Shown here in pieces: positions 59,239-64,000 of a stretch of 64,000 bases of DNA. This DNA comes from Aureliella sp. (GTDB lineage Bacteria; Planctomycetota; Planctomycetia; Pirellulales; Pirellulaceae). A program made the position numbers and the translations under genes. The notes beneath the pieces are model-generated. The model saw nothing but the letters and a program-made list of their open reading frames with translations, did no database searches and was not told the origin of the DNA. Position 1 is the first letter of the stretch. Each line of letters opens with the position of its first letter. The stretch spans positions 4,352,001-4,416,000 of the forward strand of contig OY829846.1 in NCBI GenBank assembly GCA_963691875.1, read 5' to 3'.

Positions 59239-60288
59239 ATGTCCAGAACTAAAGCAGCTCCGCCGAGAATTGACCTTCGCAGCGACACGGTCACCAAGCC
59301 TTGTCCCGGCATGCTAGCGGCAATGTCCTTGGCCGAAGTCGGCGATGACGTCATTTGTTCTGATCCCACGGTCGAAAATCTTCAAGCGAAGATTGCCGGG
59401 CTACTCGGCAAGGAAGCTGCCGTGTTCATGCCAAGTGGGAGTATGGCGAATCAAATCGGTGTGCGCTTGCACTGCCAGCCTGGTGATGAGTTTCTGTGTG
59501 AGTCGGAATGCCATATCTACATGTACGAGCAAGGTGCTTTTGCTCAGCTAAGTGGACTGGTTCCAAAGCTGTTGCCTGGAACGAGCGGGGTTCTCACGCC
59601 GGAACAATTTCTACGAGCGATCAACCCGATTGATGACCACGCGCTGCGGTCAGCCTTGGTCACCCTGGAGAACACTCACAATCGCGGTGGCGGCGTGGTT
59701 CAGCCGATGGATTCGGTGAGTGAAATTTGCACTTGGGCGCATGCTAACGGACTTAAGACACACCTGGATGGAGCGAGATTGTTCAATGCGGTGGTGGCCT
59801 CAGGATATTCCGCCGAAGAGTTGGCAAGTGATTTTGATACCGTTAGCGTTTGTTTCTCGAAAGGACTTGGTGCACCTGTTGGATCAGCGCTTGTTGGTAA
59901 TGGGGAGGCGATGGTCAAAGCCCGTCGCATTCGCAAGCTGTTTGGCGGCGGCATGCGTCAAGTCGGCTTTCTGGCCGCAGCGGCTCTATACGCACTTGAA
60001 AACAATATTGATTCGCTGCGCCAAGATCACGACTGGGCTAAGCAATTGGCTACTTCTGCAGTTCGGCGCGATGGCTTGTTTGTCGATCGTGAGCCAGAAA
60101 CAAATATCGTTTTAGTTCGAGTCGATCCGGAGCTGGGAACTCCAGCCGTTTTGTGCGAGGCGTTAGAGAAGAAAGGAATTGGCTCATTTCCTTTCGGTGC
60201 CGATCGCATTCGCTTGGTTACCCACCGTGATCTGACTCAAGGACAAATCGATGAAGCCTGCGATGTGATGGAGCGAGTTGAGTTTTAG
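59239..60288 (+). CDS. ltaE: Low-specificity L-threonine aldolase
   Basis: DLRSDTVTKP, PSGSMAN, LENTHN, HLDGARLFN, CFSKGLGAPVGS, GGGMRQ. Confidence 0.93.
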   Translation: MSRTKAAPPRIDLRSDTVTKPCPGMLAAMSLAEVGDDVICSDPTVENLQAKIAGLLGKEAAVFMPSGSMANQIGVRLHCQPGDEFLCESECHIYMYEQGAFAQLSGLVPKLLPGTSGVLTPEQFLRAINPIDDHALRSALVTLENTHNRGGGVVQPMDSVSEICTWAHANGLKTHLDGARLFNAVVASGYSAEELASDFDTVSVCFSKGLGAPVGSALVGNGEAMVKARRIRKLFGGGMRQVGFLAAAALYALENNIDSLRQDHDWAKQLATSAVRRDGLFVDREPETNIVLVRVDPELGTPAVLCEALEKKGIGSFPFGADRIRLVTHRDLTQGQIDEACDVMERVEF

Positions 60289-60301
60289 GCTGAGAATGCA
60301 C

Positions 60302-61123
60302 TTATCTGTCTAGCATTCTTGTGAACCAAGCGCCAATTGAGCTGGCGACAAAGTTAAGGTCTGCGGCTTCGCGAGCAAAGAGGTGGTCAGCGCCAGGCAA
60401 GGTGATCAAGCTTGCAGGAGAAGGCTCGGGGTCGTCGGGCGTGCGTTGAGTCAAGCAACTGAATAGTCGCAGAGCATGCTCATAGCCGAGCGTTTCGTCT
60501 TCGGGGCTGTGAAAGAGCATGACTGGTTTGGTGGTCTTACGGAGCAGGGCCGGGAGGTCATGGCTACGAAAGTCGTCCAGCATCTGTTTGCGAATCACGT
60601 AGTCGATCCCGCCGATGGTGACCGAGCCGATTCCCTTCACTGCAATCTCCGGATCCATTCTTTGAAGCAGGTTGGCAAGATGCGAAGTGTCGCTCGGACC
60701 GGCGATGGAAACGGTGGCTCGCACTGAGGCAATTTGTTCGGTCAGTGACAGGCTGCAGGCGGCTCCGAAACTGTGCCCAACGAGAAAATGCGGTGCTTCG
60801 AGGTGCTTGGAAAGGAAGCGATGGGCTGCCAGTAGGTCTTGCTGGTTGGTGCTGAAGTTTGTCAGCGAGAAGTCGCCTTTGCTACCGCCAAGACCAGTGA
60901 GATCGTAGCGCAAGACTGCAAAGCCTTCGGCGGCTAAGCCCCGCGAAATTCGGACGATGGCTTTCAGGTCTTTGTTGCAGGTAAAGCAATGCGTGAACAA
61001 CGATGTTGCTCGCGGCGTGCTTGCCGGCAGATCAAGGATACCCGCTAACTTGTGGCCGTTACCGCCCTCAAACTCCACTCGCTGGCTGCGGCGAATGGGT
61101 GAAGGGCCGTTGGTGTCGTCCAT
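60302..61123 (-). CDS. Alpha/beta hydrolase (type often fused to OsmC; no OsmC domain here)
   Basis: HCFTCNKD, LRYDLTGLGGS.G, GHSFG, HSPED, GADHL. Confidence 0.85.
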   Translation of the reverse strand: MDDTNGPSPIRRSQRVEFEGGNGHKLAGILDLPASTPRATSLFTHCFTCNKDLKAIVRISRGLAAEGFAVLRYDLTGLGGSKGDFSLTNFSTNQQDLLAAHRFLSKHLEAPHFLVGHSFGAACSLSLTEQIASVRATVSIAGPSDTSHLANLLQRMDPEIAVKGIGSVTIGGIDYVIRKQMLDDFRSHDLPALLRKTTKPVMLFHSPEDETLGYEHALRLFSCLTQRTPDDPEPSPASLITLPGADHLFAREAADLNFVASSIGAWFTRMLDR

Positions 61124-61153
61124 GAGAGATTTCGGCTCGGATCTGATTGCGTC

Positions 61154-61199
61154 GGAATTCTGGCTAATCCCAATCGGAGAATGTTGGCGAATCGAATAC
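61154..61199 (-). repeat. Two degenerate REP-like copies
   Basis: GGAATTCTGGCTAATCCCA (18/19 identical to 16585-16603) and GAATGTTGGCGAATCGAATAC. Confidence 0.55.
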
Positions 61200-61212
61200 G
61201 AAGCGATAAATG

Positions 61213-62193
61213 TTAATTGGTTTCGAGGCCGAGGTTTCCGTCCTTGAAGGCCAGTGCCATGGCACGTGGAACTTCGGCTTCGGCAAGCACAAGCTGAGCT
61301 TGATTCTCTGCGACGCTAGCTCGGTTCTCTTGCTCGGTCGCGATTGCTTCGGCGCGGCGTTGTTCAGCTTTTGCTCGAGCGACACGGACATCTGCTTCGG
61401 CTTGGTCAGCTCGCAAGCGAGCTCCAATGTTGTCACCCACGTCAATATCGGCGATGTCGATGGAAACAATCTGGAAGGCTGTCTGAGCATCCAGTCCACG
61501 CTTCAAAACCGCACGCGAGATCAAGTCTGGATTCTCGAGGACCGTTTGGTGTGTGTCGCTAGAGCCAATCGAGCTAATGATACTTTCACCGACACGAGCA
61601 ATAATCGTTTCCTCGGTAGCACCACCAATCAGCTGCTCCAGGTTGGTTCGAACCGTCACCCGGGTTCTGACTCGAAGCTCAACTCCATCTTGAGCGATGG
61701 CTGACAAAGTTGACTTGCCACTGCGCCGAGAATCAGGGCAGTCAATGACTTTCGGATGTACGCTGGTGCGCACGGCGTCTTGAACGTCACGCCCTGCCAA
61801 GTCGATAGCGGCCGCTCGGTCGAAGTCCAAGTCGATACCTGCTCGCTGAGCCGCGATGATTGCTTGAACCACGTTCATTACGTTACCGCCGGCCAAATAG
61901 TGTGCTTCCAGCCGCTGTGTCAGGATGCCACTTTGAGAGCTGATGTCGAGACCAGCTTGAGCGGCCATAATTTTTGCGTGAACAATCACCGGTGCTTTGA
62001 CTTGACGGAAATACATTCCTACCAAGCTGAACATCGAGACTCGAGCGCTGGCAAAGTAAGCTTGGACCCAGAGTGAGCCAAAAGCGATGAACGCGATAAT
62101 GACAAAGAGAGCGAACAGTGCGGCAAAACCGATACCAACCCACTTTAGAATCATGAAGATATCGAAGGATTGTCCGAGCAGCAGGAGACTCAT
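61213..62193 (-). CDS. floA: Flotillin-like protein FloA (YqfA/UPF0365)
   Basis: [50 protein letters not shown]; start at ATG 62193. Confidence 0.93.
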   Translation of the reverse strand: MSLLLLGQSFDIFMILKWVGIGFAALFALFVIIAFIAFGSLWVQAYFASARVSMFSLVGMYFRQVKAPVIVHAKIMAAQAGLDISSQSGILTQRLEAHYLAGGNVMNVVQAIIAAQRAGIDLDFDRAAAIDLAGRDVQDAVRTSVHPKVIDCPDSRRSGKSTLSAIAQDGVELRVRTRVTVRTNLEQLIGGATEETIIARVGESIISSIGSSDTHQTVLENPDLISRAVLKRGLDAQTAFQIVSIDIADIDVGDNIGARLRADQAEADVRVARAKAEQRRAEAIATEQENRASVAENQAQLVLAEAEVPRAMALAFKDGNLGLETN

Positions 62194-62450
62194 AGTTGGT
62201 ATCTCAGCGAGGATTTCAGGGTCCGAGCAACGTACTCCCTCGCATGATAGCTGGTTCTGGGGTGGTTTCCAAGAAGTCCACTGCGGGGGGAAGGAGGTGT
62301 TTTGCTGGGATATTGGCCGACGGCAGGGTCCTGGATGGCGTCTTTCTACCGGTCTACGAGCAGATTCGCTTAGGGAAGATTTGCCTAGGAAAAACGAAGC
62401 TTCAAAAAGCAGAAGCGGGGGCAACTGAGGACAATGGACGTAGTTTTTGT

Positions 62451-63560
62451 TTATTCGATCCAGCCGCCGCCGAGAACGCGATCTTCGCGGTAAACGACGC
62501 AGAGCTGCCCGGGCGCAATTCCACTGGCTCCATTAGTAAACTCGACGCGAATTCGGGCACCTTCGAGTACTTCTACCACAGCGGGGCGAGCAGCGCTGTT
62601 GTAGCGGATCTGTGCCATGCCTTCGAAGGAGCCCGTGGGCGGCTCGATAAGCCAGTTGACTTCGCTTGCGTGCAAAACTTGCCGATCCAGAGCTTTTTTA
62701 GGGCCAAGGACGACATCGAAGCTCTCCGGATCGATGCGCAGCACAAAGGCGGGTTCGCCGAGGGCGATTCCGAGCCCTTTTCGCTGGCCGATCGTAAACT
62801 GTTCGATTCCTGGGTGTTGCCCCAAGACTTTGCCTTCCTGATCGACAAAGTTACCAGCCGTGTTCTCAGATGAACGCGCTCGCACAAAATCAGCGTGCTT
62901 TCCGGTAGTGACGAAGCAGATCTCCTGGCTGTCTCGCTTATCGGCGACGCGTAATCCGGCCTTGCCAGCCAGAGCTCGGATATCCGGCTTCACAAACCCA
63001 CCGACAGGTAACAACATTCGCGAAAGATACTTGCGATCAATGCCCGCGAGCACATAGGACTGGTCTTTGCCAGAATCTACGCCGCGCAGAAGTGCGGGGC
63101 CATCTTCAGTTTGTTCTAGTCGCGCGTAATGTCCCGTTGCAACGAACTCGGCATCCACGCTATCAGCGTAGTCAAACAGGCGTCCAAACTTGATCCAATT
63201 GTTGCACTGGACACAAGGGTTCGGTGTGCGGCCTTGTGTGTATTCGTCCACGAAGTAATCCACGATGCGCGAAAAGTCGGCTTCGAGATCGAGGGCATAG
63301 AAAGGAATGCCGAGGCGATCTGAGACACGTCGTGCGTCCATGGCATCGGACGCGCTGCAGCAACCTTGCTTGTGATCCGTTCTTCCCTGCAGTATTGGCA
63401 GAAGCGGGTTAGGTGAGCCGTCCTCTAGACTGCAGCTCTCGGCCGACTCTTCGCCGTGACGCATAAAAACGCCGACAACATCGTAGCCTTGTTCGAGCAG
63501 TAAATGCGCGGCGGCCGAGCTGTCGACACCTCCACTCATGGCTAGAACTACGCGTTGCAT
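62451..63560 (-). CDS. mnmA: tRNA 2-thiouridylase
   Basis: [44 protein letters not shown]. Confidence 0.97.
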   Translation of the reverse strand: MQRVVLAMSGGVDSSAAAHLLLEQGYDVVGVFMRHGEESAESCSLEDGSPNPLLPILQGRTDHKQGCCSASDAMDARRVSDRLGIPFYALDLEADFSRIVDYFVDEYTQGRTPNPCVQCNNWIKFGRLFDYADSVDAEFVATGHYARLEQTEDGPALLRGVDSGKDQSYVLAGIDRKYLSRMLLPVGGFVKPDIRALAGKAGLRVADKRDSQEICFVTTGKHADFVRARSSENTAGNFVDQEGKVLGQHPGIEQFTIGQRKGLGIALGEPAFVLRIDPESFDVVLGPKKALDRQVLHASEVNWLIEPPTGSFEGMAQIRYNSAARPAVVEVLEGARIRVEFTNGASGIAPGQLCVVYREDRVLGGGWIE

Positions 63561-63724
63561 CTTTGCAGGCTTGTAAATGTGTCGGGGGTAATCGCTGGAC
63601 TCGATCGGCTGCCAGGGTTCAGTCTTTTTCTACCCCGAAGCGTGAACGAGAAGATAAATCTTGCCTTGCCTCGCTGATGCTTCGGATTGTGATTAGTCAC
63701 GAACCGTCCGTCAGTTGCCAGCCG

Positions 63725-64000
63725 CTACCAAATGCCGAGCGTCTCGAGTTGTTTCGTTGCTGTTCCAGCCCAGTCTTTGTTGGCCGCGGGCGAAGCTGGG
63801 CTTGGGTGGAGGATTCGCCCCACTTGGAGTTCCAAACCTGCCTTTTCAATCACACGCTTGCCACAGTTTTCCGCGAAGGCGCCAACGCCGACCAGGAATT
63901 CCGGTTGCAGCGTTTCAATCAATCCCGCCAAGTGTGCGTCACAATGCAATTCAAGTTCACAACGAATGGCGGCTGGAAGTTTGTCTGGAGTGACGTTTCT
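63725..64000 (-). CDS. SMUG1-like uracil-DNA glycosylase (family 3), 5'-truncated by the window edge
   Basis: Open to the edge: RNVTPDKLP..CD.HL..LQPEFLVGVGAFA..ILHPSPASPAAN.DW..QL..LG. Confidence 0.8.
   Translation of the reverse strand, partial: RNVTPDKLPAAIRCELELHCDAHLAGLIETLQPEFLVGVGAFAENCGKRVIEKAGLELQVGRILHPSPASPAANKDWAGTATKQLETLGIW

Noticed and set aside
391..63993. Numerous antisense and nested ORFs in the six-frame track (e.g. 6347-7075, 15440-16150, 62196-62873)
   Set aside because: Shadow ORFs of well-supported genes, with no motifs of their own
1..64000. CRISPR arrays, tRNA/rRNA genes, transposases, prophage or defence islands
   Set aside because: No regularly spaced repeats or recognisable RNA genes; no integrase, transposase or phage proteins; the methyltransferase has no restriction partner here

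Overview
Chromosomal window, most likely from a Planctomycetota (Pirellulaceae-like) bacterium. The assignment is inferred from a DUF1549/DUF1553 plus DUF1501 pair, planctomycete cytochrome c domains, a DLG-type Ser/Thr kinase and frequent TTG/GTG starts. It is densely coding, with about 50 genes. Housekeeping genes: argH, ilvD, thiO, proS, aroF, hisDCB, ltaE, floA, mnmA. Other genes encode transporters, hydrolases and planctomycete-typical exported proteins. I found no rRNA, tRNA, CRISPR array, transposase or prophage gene. The strongest signal not explained by the gene list is a complete Phe/Tyr leader-peptide attenuator upstream of aroF (50709-50847), possibly on a leaderless transcript. 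Also notable: an orphan DNA methyltransferase with a QLDLLF clamp-binding-like motif and a Lys-rich tail; dispersed GTAG-type REP-like repeats; a palindromic element and a start-codon duplication inside the his operon; an acyltransferase-carrier-adenylation fusion; a nucleotidase-like/tetraheme lipoprotein; bacterial MIOX and SMUG1 homologues; and a frameshifted gene at the left edge. All product calls come from motif recognition by eye; no database searches were run.
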